64,000 bases of DNA from Octopus vulgaris (lineage: Eukaryota): contig OX597832.1 of assembly GCA_951406725.2 (NCBI GenBank), forward strand, positions 50,530,001-50,594,000, written 5' to 3'. Under the pieces are notes generated by a model. The model ran no database searches. It had not been told where the DNA came from and was given only the letters and a program-made list of their open reading frames with translations. Of the stretch, positions 12,286 to 24,721 are shown in pieces. The position numbers were made by a program, and so were the translations under genes. Within the stretch, counting starts at the first letter, position 1. Every line of letters starts with the position of its first letter.

Positions 12286-13679
12286 CTTTAACCACTCATC
12301 TCCTTTACATGAAACCTCCTCTCCAGCTTCAGGTTTTGCAGTTTTATGGGCTGCATGGCAACCTTACTAGTGTCGGTATGAGAAAAGCATCCAGTATACA
12401 GTGTGAAGTGGTTGGCATTCGGAAGGGCATTCAGCTGTAGGAACCATGCTAAATCAGACACAATGGAGCTCAATGCAGTCCTTGGACCCATCAGATCCTG
12501 TCAAACTGCCCAACCCATACCAAAATGGAACGTGGATGTTAAATGCTGCTGTTGTTGGAGGTGGTGGCAGTGGTGGTGAAAATCAAGTTCTGTTTCTATT
12601 ACAGGTGCTGCCTTGAAATATTAAATTAAAATAGCTGTCTATGTATCATACTTAATGTATACCCACTGTTGACAGGCAAGATGCAGCAGTTTTCATCTGA
12701 GATAAAATCTCTTATAGAAGTTCTGTGGTTTGCAAGAATGATAGGCATCTTCCCTGTCAGTGGTGTATCAAATGGTTAAGATCAAATTCAATGACTGGCA
12801 TCCGTGCTAGTAGAGCACTAAGAGTACCATACGAGCGTGATCGTTGCCAGAGCAACAAGCTGGCCTCTGTGCGATGTGACGTTTAGGGATTTCAGTTTAA
12901 TGCTGCTTCAACTGTGTATATTGATATTTTTATTCAACCCAGCAGCTATTCACAATATCACTAAATGTCCTCTCTTTACTCTTTTACTTGTCTTCACAAA
13001 AATCAAAGCTATTTTTGGCTCTTTGTACACAACATAGATGAAGCTGCATGTGAAGAAAGCAATGATTCTAAAGATTTGTTAAGTCATTATCAAATGTGGG
13101 GAGTTTGACAATGCGATTCTTCGTGAAACTCATTGAAAGTATTTCTAGAATTTCAACTTTATTTTTCTCTAAAGCGATTGAGAGCAACATTACTAAGTCA
13201 AAAGAGAATCCAAACAAATAAACGAAAGGTTGCCAATTAAACTCTTCGGTGTCTATGAAGCTTAACCATTGATGATTTTTTTTATCCACTGTTCTTGACT
13301 CTGGTCTATCTTTCCTGCTTTTTTCCATTTGAATCCCTTCTTTTGCAACTCTGCTTCATATGTTTCCCTGATGGAAGGCCTTTGTCTCCCAGGTTGGGTG
13401 ATTCTGTAATTTTGCCCTTTTGTGGCTGCTGACTTTTTTCACAAACCGATTTTTATTTCTGGGAAGAGGTGATCCATATTAGTCTGGCCTCTATCCTTTG
13501 ACCTGTCCAGCAAGGGAAATTCTACCTGGAGCTTGAACTTCACTGGAAGAGCTCTGAGGGTCATTAAGGTACACAAACCATCACACTGCAACAAGGACTG
13601 GACCTCTGGGTGATCATTGGGGTGGGATTTTTACAAGAGTTACATATTGTGCTCATAATTTCTCTTTGATTTCTTTCAG

Positions 13680-13695
13680 AGCTGCACCATACTGA
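13680..13695 (+). CDS. TMEM216: TMEM216-like terminal coding exon (R-AAPY*)
   Basis: Strong pyrimidine tract ttctctttgatttctttcag, phase-2 compatible, TGA at 13693-13695. Total CDS 480 nt = 159 aa. An alternative acceptor at 12604 (R-CCLEILN*) is possible. Confidence 0.6.
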
Positions 13696-13720
13696 ATTCC
13701 AGCCATAGAAACAGAACCTC

Positions 13721-13838
13721 TGTGATGAGTAAAATTACTTGTTTTACTCGAATTTATCAATATAGACCATTCCGCCCATGTGATGAGTAAGATTATTTGG
13801 TAAATTGGAATTTATCTATGTAGAACATTCCGTCCATG
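13721..13838. repeat. Two diverged ~58-bp tandem units in the TMEM216 3' UTR
   Basis: TGTGATGAGTAA..GAATTTATC..CATTCCG.CCATG twice. Confidence 0.7.
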
Positions 13839-14699
13839 TACAAATTCCTTCATTTCTTTCTCTGAGATTATATATTTTGTACCTCATGTCAATCAATCAA
13901 CTAATGCCAACTAATTCATGTTGATCTTTGAAGATTATTTTGACTAATTGGAAATTTGTGAGAAATTCTTTTGAAATGGATAAATAATTTCTTACAAAGT
14001 CACAAAGCCAGAAATTTTGTGGAAACCGGTCAGTTGATTACACTGATCCCCAATAATTGACTGGTACTTTATTTTATTGACCCCAGAAGGGTGAAAAGCA
14101 AAGTTGATGTTGGTAGGATTTGAACTCAGACTATAAAAAACCAGAGCAAATACTGTAAGGCATTCTACCTGATGCTCAACTGAATCTGCCAGAAAGACAA
14201 GCTAACAACTAGTATGTATAAAATAATTGAATGGCACATCTATCCTCGTTTACCATAGATATTCAGTTCTAAAAACACCATGTTAAATGAATGAGCGATA
14301 AATAGACAATAGGACATATGGGGCAAAATAAATTTTCTTCTGAGGCTTCAAGTTGTCCTGAGCATTGTTGGTGGTCATTGGGGGTGCACTTTTGTGGTCC
14401 AAGCAGAATTCTTGACTGATTGCCAACCCATGTTATCAAAGACCAATTTCTGATAAGCATAACGGTACATAATTGAGCATACTGAGTTGTCCTGGATCAG
14501 TGATAATTGAATTTGAGATAAACAAGGATTGATGTATTAATCTCTTTTAAAAACTATGTATTTTTATTATTCTTCATTCTTTTTGTATTTCATAACACTG
14601 TAAATAAAATATTGAATTTTTAACTTGTTATTGGATTCTAATTCATTGATTAGGCTCAGAAATGTAGAACTAACTGATGTCACCCGGATAGCCTGGATC

Positions 14700-15195
14700 G
14701 GCCAGGCTGTCTGGTGCCAAGTCGGCTCCACTGGCCACATGTGTACCATTTCCTTTGTGCTCTTGCCATTTTCATCCACATTGTTCCAAATATCTTTCTT
14801 AAATCATCTTCTTACCTGATTGTAGGCCTTCTATTTACATGAGTACCACTCGACAACTGCACGGGTCCACTGATTGCCTGTGAACCTTGCAACTTGACCA
14901 GCCCATTGTAGCTTCGCGGGGTGGTATTCTGTGATGACCTTCTTCACTCCAGTTCTATTCCTGATCTCCTTGTTCCAGATGTGATCTCTTAGCAAGATTC
15001 CAAACATAAACTGGAATGTGTATCTTGGTCAAAAAGTGACTATAAAATTAGAGATGGCGAATGAAATTTCACAAAGGGTAAGAGCAGAATGGAGAGCATT
15101 CAACTCGGTGAAGGGTGTGCTGAAGGTGAACCTAGACAAGGCAACTCTTGCCAATCTCTTCATCAGCACAGTCTTGTCTGCAGCGCTATATGTAA
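14700..15195. mobile_element. Rearranged RTE-like LINE remnants
   Basis: YLGQ..EISQRVRAEWRAF..LF.STVL.A.LY on +; an adjoining inverted piece encodes WAGQVAR. Confidence 0.6.
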
Positions 15196-15249
15196 ACCTT
15201 CTTTCGTATACAATTCCACTTGTGCGGTACCCTACAACTCCACTTTGTT

Positions 15250-15305
<56 letters not shown>

Positions 15306-15338
15306 ATAAACATACACACACACACACACACATATATA

Positions 15339-15670
15339 TATTGGGTCATCCCATAAATAATGTGTTTTTTTTTACACTTTTATTTTTCAAAATTAAGATA
15401 ATCAAAGTTTTTTTTTAAATCTAAAATATACTCTCCTTCATTATCTACAATGCTCTTCCGTCTAACTGGTAGACTTGCAAAGCCCTCTTCCAAAATTCAC
15501 TTGTCCGTGATGAAAAATACTCCTTCAGTACTGTTCTGACCTTGTTTACAGAATTCATATTTTTTTCCATCCTGATGATTTTGAAGACTGTGGAATAAAT
15601 GATAATCAGATGGGACAATGTCCTCTGAATATAGTGGATGGGGCATCGTTTCCCATTCAAACTGCTCCCC
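15339..15670 (-). mobile_element. mariner transposase 3' remnant with TIR
   Basis: HPLYSEDIVPSDYHLF, a decayed HPPYSPDLAPSDYHLF. Confidence 0.8.
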
Positions 15671-16669
15671 TGGATAGGGCATCATTTCAGCAACGACTCT
15701 TTATCCCACGTATTTCCTCTTGTTCTGCTTATTCCAAAGCAACTAAAATAATAAATATAAAGCTAACGTGAAGATAAACAGTGCTTGCGTTTAATTGGCA
15801 AAAGATGACTCTCTTTACTCCCTCTTTTACTTGTTTCAGTCATTTGACTGCGGCCATGCTGGAGCACCGCCTTTTAGTCGAGCAAATCGACCCCAGGACT
15901 TATTCTTTGTAAGCCTAGTACTTATTCTATCGATCTCTTTTGCTGAACCGCTAAGTAACGGGTACATAAACATACCAACATCGGTTGTCAAGCAATGTTG
16001 GGGAGACAAACACAGACACACAAACACATATATATATACGACAGGATTCTTTCAGTTTCCGTCTACCAAATCCACTCACAAGGCTTTGGTCGGCCCAAGG
16101 CTATAGTACACGCAGTGGGACTGAACCCGGAACCGTGTGGTTGGTAAACAAGCTACTTACCACACAGCCACTCCTGCGACTATCACTAAATATAACAATA
16201 TCTGTTCTAACACATGAATTTCACATGAAGAATTTTGCAAAACAATATATATACACACATATGTATGTGTATTTTCATTTCGAGTAATTCCGTACCGCTG
16301 AAAATCTCAGAAGTATTTTAGTGATAGGCGTAGGACTAAGTTAGCTCCCCTTACACACAAAAGAGTTATCTCCCTGTTATCTCAGAGAGTTATTATTGCT
16401 ATTTGTAGAATATTCACAACAAATACTAGAAGCAGAAAAACCAAATATCAAGAAATTTTACGTGTTGTTAAATTCAGATATATTATTCGATTGAAAGATC
16501 CGCATTATTATTGATGAATACCACTTCTATAAAGACAAGACAGGACAAAACATAATAAGTTTCAGAGGCTCTTGTTTTCCCCTAGCACAAGACTGATCAG
16601 GCAGATTTATGATTAAAAGCACTAAACTTTTATAAAACCGTAAGAAGACAAATGAAGCTATGTCGCTAA

Positions 16670-17850
16670 ATTTTTCTCACCTGCAAGCGTTTGAAAATAT
16701 CAGAAATATTATCCAGAGTAACTCTGTTGTCACACCATGCCTTTGATGCGCTACTATCATTAATAGTTGATGCATCCAATGTTGAAGTCAGTGGAGTTTT
16801 GCAACAATTCATTTCAAACGCCTGGTAACCTATTTCTTGCTTTTTTCAATGCCTTAAACCTGCCGAGACTTGATGTATTACTTTCAGCAAGGAACTTTTG
16901 GCTGTCTCCCTAAACATTAACCCTTTCGTTACTGCATGTACTTTGAGATGCTCTGTGTTTCTTTCAATTATTTTAAATGTAACAAAGAATTTAGTAAAAT
17001 AATTTGGTTATCATTCAGCTGGTGTTAGGAACATGAATTGTGACTAAGATTTGGTGAAAGATTTTAATTCAGAACTTATGAAAACAAGACATTTGTACTA
17101 CAGAGCCAGAGGCGGTTTCAGCCAGGTTGGTAACGAAAGGGTTAAACATTTTTGGCACTTTCTTTGAAGAACAGCAGTTTACAGTTTTTACTTACCATAA
17201 GCCTTTAACTTTTACCTTGAAATCAAAGTCTGACAAATATTCTCCGAGAGATTTATTGCTTCTTGATTTCATCTCCCAGTATGCTTTGAACATACAGTAT
17301 GCTAAAGGCATAAGCAATTCTGCAGCTGACACCTTATCTCACATGTATATCAATGCTCAGCATACCTATTTCTTTATTACCCACAAGGGGCTAAACATAG
17401 AGGGGACAAACAAAGACAGACATAGGTATTGAGTCGATTACATCGACCCCAGTGTGTAACTGGTACTTAATTTATCGACCCCGAAAGGATGAAAGGTAAA
17501 GTCGACCTCGGCGGAATTTGAACTCAGAACGTAGCGGCAGACGAAATACCGCTCAGCATTTCGCCCGGCGTGCTAATGTTTCTGCCAGCTTGACCACAGA
17601 CTCAATCGATCTCCAACAGTTAGCTTCATATCAACAACAAGATACCAAATTGTCATTCCTACAGTCATTGGATTCTCATTCTTTGGACCTTAGATTACTA
17701 CCATTGTATTCTTCATCATCTATCTGGTGTAACATGTCTGCTGGTTTGTTTAGACCTAACATCCCTCTGGGTCATAGGCGAATGCTTTTCTCAATTTTAC
17801 ACAACCTTTCATGCCATGGAATTGCAGCATCAGTTAAATTATAGTTTCCA
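16670..17850 (+). pseudogene. Ty3/Gypsy pol relic (RNase H to integrase Zn-binding region), interrupted by a MITE and a SINE
   Basis: VDAS..GVLQQ, FSKELLAV..IKHF, FTVFTYHKPL, KGISNSAADTLS, LHNLSCHG motifs, with stops and frameshifts. Confidence 0.85.
16921..17141. mobile_element. piggyBac-type MITE inserted in the Gypsy RNase H relic
   Basis: TTAA at 16917-16920 and 17142-17145, with TIRs. Confidence 0.88.
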
Positions 17851-19032
17851 GTCATTTTGTTTGGCTTGGCAGAACTGTTTAGCATATTCGTTTTATTGTA
17901 ATATTAGACATCTTGCCAATTTGGCTGCTTTAACCTTAATACTGGAGCATCGGCTCACCAGAACTTGTCTTAGCATCAAGTCACATGACCCAGTTGTCGG
18001 CTAATTTAGTTCCAGGTATTCTTATTTCTTTACTGCCCACAAGGGGCTACACACAGAGGGGACGAACAAGGACAGACAAACGGATTAAGTCGATTATATC
18101 AATCCCAGTGTGTAACTGGTACTTATTTAATCGACCCCGAAAGGATGAAAAGCAAAGTCAACTCGGCGGAATTTGAACTCAGAACATAGTGGTAGACGAA
18201 ATACCTATTTCTTTACTACCCACAAGGGGCTAAACACAGAGGGGACGAACAAGGACAGACAAACGGATTAAGTCAATTATATCGATGCCAGTGCGTAACT
18301 GGTACTTATTTAATTGACCCCGAAAGAATGAAAGGCAAAGTCGACCTCGGCAGAATTTGAACTCAGAATGTAACGGCAGACGAAATAACAAGCATTTTGC
18401 CCGGCGTGCTAACGTTTCTGCCAGCCACGTTCTGTGTCATGCTGAATCTCCCTGAGAACTACTTCAAGTGGATGCGTGTAAGTGGAGTGCTCAGACACTT
18501 GCATGTTAATGTTACAAGCAGGTTGTTCTGTTGATCAGATATTCTGGAGCCCTTGTCGTTGTAACCGACAGAGTTTCAGTTTCTTTTAAAATTCTTGACA
18601 AAAGTTGAATAAGTTGTAATGAAAACAAAAAAAAGAAACTAGGTAGGTGCTTTCCAATCTTTATTCAATTAAATGATGCAGTTACAGTTTTGTTTCACAT
18701 AGTTTATCAATAGAATATGTCCAGAAGAATATGATATCATGTAAGTTTCATTATACTGTGGCTGCCAGACTACTTCTGCTTGTAAGTATGGAAGTCCATA
18801 CACACATACATTCATTCACAGCAACAGTGCAGTCTTTGTGGCATTGTCATTATTCAGTGAACTTCATTTCTTCTTATGATCTCTAAATACAAAACCTATT
18901 TTTCTTAAAAAAAACCCTTTTATACATCTACATCTCTTTAAATACTTCAAAATAGTACTGAATGCTTTTTCTTATCTGTTCTTCAAGTTATTGATCCACA
19001 GTTCTTTTATTTGTCTTTATTTTTATTCAATA

Positions 19033-19332
19033 CTAGCAGTATTGCCCAGCGTTGCTCGGGTTTGTAAGGGAAATAACTATATAAGCATTTTTAGAGAATT
19101 ACTTCCCTTATATAATAGCAAAAAAATGCATTAAAAATGGGAAAAAATTATGGTAAATTTTTTTTTAAATCGTAGACTCATCGTAGATGCGCACTAATAC
19201 CCAGAAGGGCTCGATATGAATCACGACGATAAGATACTCGCTTTTGGTTAAACTGCACCGCAAAATGTGGGAGTTAGGAATCTAAATCGTAGGAGACAGA
19301 CACTCACACAACTTCACTTTTATATAAAAAGA
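19033..19332 (-). mobile_element. Non-autonomous Helitron-like element
   Basis: Minus strand runs from TCT..TATATAAA to a subterminal hairpin and CTAG|T. Confidence 0.6.
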
Positions 19333-19913
19333 TAACATCACCTTCCTACATTCCAAGCTTTTATATTGTTCTGAGATTCAGCCAGAAAATTATTCTGTTA
19401 TAAGTGACACATAGCTTTTAAAAAACAGTTTGCAAGCAAAATGGTACATACAGCCAACCGAGATCTCATCATATTCTGATGATTTTTTTTTTTCAGTCTT
19501 TTTTTACTGTAGATACTTGAAAAACATGTTTTGCTACTTGGAAATACTACTAGATTAGTTAAAAACATCAGCTGTTCTGTTTTTATTTTAAAATAAAACC
19601 GATATCTTGCATTAAATAATTTTGTATAAAATCTTTATCAACTGTTATGAACCAGTTTGTGACATTCGCACTTTCTTTGAAATCCCTAAATTGGTACATG
19701 TTTCTACCCTGACTTTTCATGCTCTGCAGTTAACCCCCTGCATTCATAAATTGTGTCAAAAGTGTCAACTGTGGATTAAAAATTGCTAGAAAGAACTACC
19801 ATCATCTGCGTACTATGATTTATTTCTATCAGCTGTTGGTTTTGACAAACTTAGAATTGCAAAATAGTTTAATAGCTTTTTAACATTTAGGAATGATGTC
19901 AGATCACTTTTTC

Positions 19914-20030
19914 TGGTGGAACATAAACAAAACCGATGAGTGTAGATGTGGAGAGAAAGCGACGGTTAGACATGTTCTGTCAAGTTGCAGACTAGCACTT
20001 GAAAGATATACATTGCGGCATAATCAAGTC
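19914..20030 (+). mobile_element. Fragment of an RLE-type non-LTR element (CCHC knuckle + RHN motif)
   Basis: WNINKTDECRCGEKATVRHVLSSCRLALERYTLRHNQV. Confidence 0.7.
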
Positions 20031-20189
20031 ACATTAATTTACAAATAGAATTGTGTATTTATATTATGATAAGACATCATCATCATCATCATCATCATCA
20101 TCATTTAGCGTCCGCTTTCCATGCTAGCATGGGTTGGACGGTTCAACTGGGGTCTGCCTGATTTTATAATAATATAATAATAATAATGA

Positions 20190-20530
20190 AATTATTGTAT
20201 ACAGTGCTCAGGTGCACCACAACTTGTCAGAAAGTGCATATAAAGTATATGCAGTAATGTACAAATGTCTGGAAAGTGAACAATGTATGAGTCAGATACA
20301 TGCTTGTGTGTGTATGGAGGGGAGAAAATCAGGTGTACTGTTGGCGAATCTCGGGAAGCATGGAAGTTTTGAAGGATGCAGTGCTCCGACAACTAACAAC
20401 TGATGCCGGCAGTTTGTTCCATGCTTCAGCAACTCTCAGTGTGAAAAAATGTTTCCTGAAGTCATGGGAGCTGTGCTGTTTTCTGACTTTGTAAATATGT
20501 CCACGGGTGTTAGATGGGTGGAGTTTGTCA
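20190..20530 (-). mobile_element. CR1-like LINE 3' end
   Basis: RGHIYKVRKQ..FRKHFFTLRVAEAWNKLP motif; (AAT)n-type tail. Confidence 0.75.
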
Positions 20531-21321
20531 CAGGTTACCTGGATACTATATAACTACCATTCTTTTTCTTAATCTGGCTTAGAGAAGTTTAGCACAAGGC
20601 TACAGAAAAAAAAAAAAAACCCCACTGTGATGAATAAAAAGATTGATTTCAACACTCAAAAAAATAGAAGTATGATAGTTACTTATAAGAAATAAGTTCA
20701 GTGTAAGACTTGAGTAAAAAGTGTTATTTTAAATTTAGAGCCGAGTATTTTTCAGCCAAAGAGGATGCTCAGGTACTGTGATGTCATCTTGACCATACTG
20801 CAGTTATACTATAGAATATTACTAGCAGGACCCATGAATATTTCATGGAATTAATGGTAAACCTATTGGGTTATTTCTGAAAACTTTATCCAAAAAGCCT
20901 GAAAGTGTAGCCTGTGTTGTGTCTGTATGGAAAGATAGTCACTCATCTGCTATTCATTGAAAAGAGAAAGAAATTGGAATACGATGATTATTTTATGCAC
21001 AGTTTTATAGAATTAAGGTGGGTAGGGGTGGTTTAAAATATTAAAACAAAAATTTCATTGCATAATCATATTAATTCCATTGCGCAGAAGACAGAATCAA
21101 AGAAAAATTTTGTGAAAATTCACAAGAATAAAAAAAAGTTATGAAGGGTTTTAGCTTATGCCTTGATCCGAGCTCCGCTCATTCATGTGCACCTCACTCA
21201 CTTCCGTTTTTTATTTCCCCCAAAATTTATTCGGATTTCTATGTTTTTGATAAATGAGAATACGATTTCGCCCAAAGATCACGTTTTCAAAATTTTAATT
21301 TTCACCCAACTTTACCCCAAT

Positions 21322-21523
21322 TTTTAAACTTTTAACTTTTTTTCGAATTTTCTTTTTAATCCACATAGAAAAATACAGAGGTTATGAATCTGGGAATTTT
21401 TTTTTCCAAATTTAATTTTTCTTTTAAACTTTTAACTTTTTTTCGAATTTTCTTTTTAATCCACATAGAAAAATACAGAGGTTATGAATCTGGGAATTTT
21501 TTTTTCCAAATTTAATTTTTCTT
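21322..21523. repeat. Exact 100-bp tandem duplication
   Basis: ccacatagaa at 21361 and 21461; the units are identical. Confidence 0.9.
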
Positions 21524-22816
21524 AAAGAAACACTCACCTACCCACCACCTCCCTGCTTTTAAAAAGCTAAAAACATCGAATGTTCCACTTTCGTTTGATG
21601 TTTCATGCTTGCATAGAATTCTACTGAAATAACAAACGTCAAAAATATCAGACCACCACCAGGAAACCCGATGTACTAGAAACAATAGCTAAACGACACA
21701 ACTTCTGAAAAAACTTCCCCACTTTCAAAAAAGCTACAAGTGAAACATTCGGAGTTTTTAGCTTTTTGAAAGTGGGGAGGTGATAGGTGGAGATTGGAGA
21801 TGGGGATTTGAATGTTTCTTTAAGAAAAATCCGTAATCTCTGTAATTTTGTGCATGCACACAACAAGAAATAATAATTTGTACTGAAGTTTTACCTAGCT
21901 CAACTTCAATTGAAATTACCTTTTTTTTTATTTTGTAATTCGCGTTTGTGATGAGCATTTTTAAAAACCTGATCTTCGATATAAACTTTAAAGGAAGTTT
22001 TTTTTTCAGAATCATGTCGTTTAGCTGTTGTTTCTAGCATGTCGGAGGTGACATTTGCGATCTCTCCATTTTTTTTCCCCCCAAAAAAATTTCTTCGGAT
22101 TCCTGTTTTCGATGTAGGAGATTAGGATTTTGCCCAAAAGACATATTTTCATAATCTTAATCCCACCTCCTCACCTCAATTTTTTAATTTCTTTACCTCT
22201 CAACTTGACCCGGAAATGAAAATAAGAAGAAAATAGTGCAATGGGTGTAAACAAATGTGTAGGAAACGAATATGGCAAAAAAAAAAAAAAAATGAACGCA
22301 AAGCAACGGGAGGGTGGAGAGAGGACCTCGGAAAATTCACGAGATCCGAGTTTTAACCTCATTTCTACAGCTTATCCGAATGAACAGAGAAAGCAGTACA
22401 CAGAAATATATTTTACATACTTGTCGTATACGTCGGTTTTGTTTTTTCGCTTTTAATTTCCCCTCACTCCACCCCAATTAAAGGATCTTTTCGCTTTGGC
22501 AAAGAAATTATTCTAAAAATCTGCCGGTCAAAGCGAAACGATCCAAGATCCAACTTTTTCGAATTTTTAAAAAATCTACGTAGGAAAGCCTTTTTATGAA
22601 AACTATAGAAGTAAATAAATATTTGAAATAACTTTCTAACATTTATTAGGAAGATTGCAGTCAAGCTATACGGAAAGTGTAAAATGCAGAATTGTTTAGG
22701 TGAAAAGTGAAACGTTCCAAAATAGAAAATGCTAGATAAAATTCTGATCTGGATAACTACAAAAAACAGTCTTCAAATTTAACATCTATGCCTCTATGGA
22801 ACAGTTTAAAAATTAT

Positions 22817-23210
22817 CTATTTCTTTATTACCCACAAGGGGCTAAACACAGAGAGGACAAATAAGGACAGACGAACGGATTAAGTCGATTATATCGACTC
22901 TAGTGCGTAACTGGTACTTATTTAATCGACCCCGAAAGGATGAAAGGCAAAGTCGACCTCTGCGGAATTTGAACTCAGAACGTAGCAGCAGACAAAATAC
23001 CTATTTCTTTACTACCCACACAGAGAGGACAGACAAACGGATTAAGTCGATTATATCGACCCAGTGCGTAACTGGTACTTATTTAATCGACCCCGAAAGG
23101 ATGAAAGGCAAAGTCGACCTCGGCGGAATTTGAACTCAGAACGTAACGGCAGACGAAATACGGTTACGTATTTCGCCCAGCGTGCTAACGTTTCTGCCAG
23201 CTCGCTGCCT
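22817..23210 (-). mobile_element. SINE family B with tandemly repeated body
   Basis: Two body units follow one head. Confidence 0.85.
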
Positions 23211-23545
23211 GGTTAAAAAAAAATATCGATATAGGTCCCACTGTTAATAAATGTTGTTTTAAAAGTACCAATCTTTGATCTTTATTTGATACTTGTAAGG
23301 TCTAATTTTTAAACTCTTAAAAATAAAAAAAAATAAATAAAAATTAATGAAACAACATTGAATAAATGTGACAACATATTTCATCATCATTTATATTTCT
23401 TTCTGAGTAAATACTAGTAAATGTGAAACAATTATAAAAACTAGCCAACAGCTTATCGTTACGTGTCTGGTGGATACAGCTGATGAAATTCTTTTTACAA
23501 TAAACAACTGCGTTTTCCTACCAACTATGTTCACACACTGTCATA

Positions 23546-23553
23546 TGACGTCA
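23546..23553. promoter_or_regulatory. Palindromic CRE (TGACGTCA) about 280 bp upstream of the SARAF ATG; GGAAGT ETS-like site at 23770
   Basis: Exact consensus match within ATGACGTCAT; function untested. Confidence 0.3.
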
Positions 23554-23833
23554 TTGTGAATACCTCTATTTCGGAGAGAAAAAAATGTATTGATCTATTA
23601 ATAGCTGGGAAAAACACACTCCCACAAAATACCATGGCATTTATAAAAGCCTTGGAAGATTAACTAAATATATTTATTTCGAATTTTCTACAGAGATCCT
23701 TAATTGTATCCTAAGCAATTAGTAAGTTGCAAGTACTTAGAAAGCGACAAATTATCTCCCTTCGCAGGTGGAAGTGACATATCTTCTTAGTGAGCGCTTT
23801 GTCGACGTTACGAGCGTGTAGCTACCCTCAAAG

Positions 23834-24721
23834 ATGACAGAAATCAAGAGACTTCCCGCACTTACACTTATTTTACTGGTTTTGATTTATGGCCAAGAAA
23901 TCGAAGGAAGAAAAGTCCTGTTGCAGGACATCAACGTGATCACTTTAAATAATGGACAGATGACGACTGCGAGGAGATCTTCCCCAGTTGCTCAGTTGAA
24001 ATGCACTGGCGGATCAGCAGGATGTCGGTCCTTCATTCCACAGACCGTCCAGTGTTACAACAGAGGTTGGGACGGCTACGATATCCAGTGGGAATGCAAA
24101 ACGGACATGGACAAAAGGTATCGCTTCGGACAGATTGTTGTCTCGTGCGAAGGTTACGAGTATGCTGACGACCCTTACATCCTGGCTGGCTCTTGCGGTC
24201 TGGAATACGACATTGACTACGTAAACCAGAAAGGCTCTGGCAGCTACTTCAACCATTACTCGTCGAAACACGAATCGGGTTTTGGGTTCGGCTCAATTTT
24301 CACTTTCCTGTTTGTTATTATGATCATCTTCTTCGTGTATCGTACTTGTTTTGCAACACCTACCCATCCATCATCGTTTCCCGGAGGCGCACAAAGCGGG
24401 CCAACTCCAAGTGCTCCTCCACCGCCATACGGTTTTAGATCCGATTACTGCTCAGGCCAGGATGCTCCACCTCCGTACAGCTCCACACCTCACAGTAGTA
24501 CTGGACAACAGCCTGGATTTTTCAGTGGCCTAGCTTCTGGTGCATTTCTCGGCTACCTTTTTGGAAACAGAGGTGGTTACCGCTCGAACTCTTATTACAA
24601 TGATGGGTATCAAAGAGACTGGTTTGGGTCACCAACAGGTTATCATTCTGGTCCCTCAAGTAGCTTCAGCAGCTCCGAAACTCGAACAGCCTCTGGATTT
24701 GGTGGAACTAAACGCCGTTAA
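23834..24721 (+). CDS. SARAF: SARAF / TMEM66, store-operated calcium entry-associated regulatory factor, single coding exon, 295 aa
   Basis: Signal peptide; luminal Cys domain (TTARRSSPVAQLKC.GGSAGC...QCYNRGWDGYDIQWEC...SCEGYEY.DDPYILAGSCGLEY); TM helix; PPPY motifs; C-terminal TRTASGFGGTKRR. Confidence 0.96.
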   Translation: MTEIKRLPALTLILLVLIYGQEIEGRKVLLQDINVITLNNGQMTTARRSSPVAQLKCTGGSAGCRSFIPQTVQCYNRGWDGYDIQWECKTDMDKRYRFGQIVVSCEGYEYADDPYILAGSCGLEYDIDYVNQKGSGSYFNHYSSKHESGFGFGSIFTFLFVIMIIFFVYRTCFATPTHPSSFPGGAQSGPTPSAPPPPYGFRSDYCSGQDAPPPYSSTPHSSTGQQPGFFSGLASGAFLGYLFGNRGGYRSNSYYNDGYQRDWFGSPTGYHSGPSSSFSSSETRTASGFGGTKRR

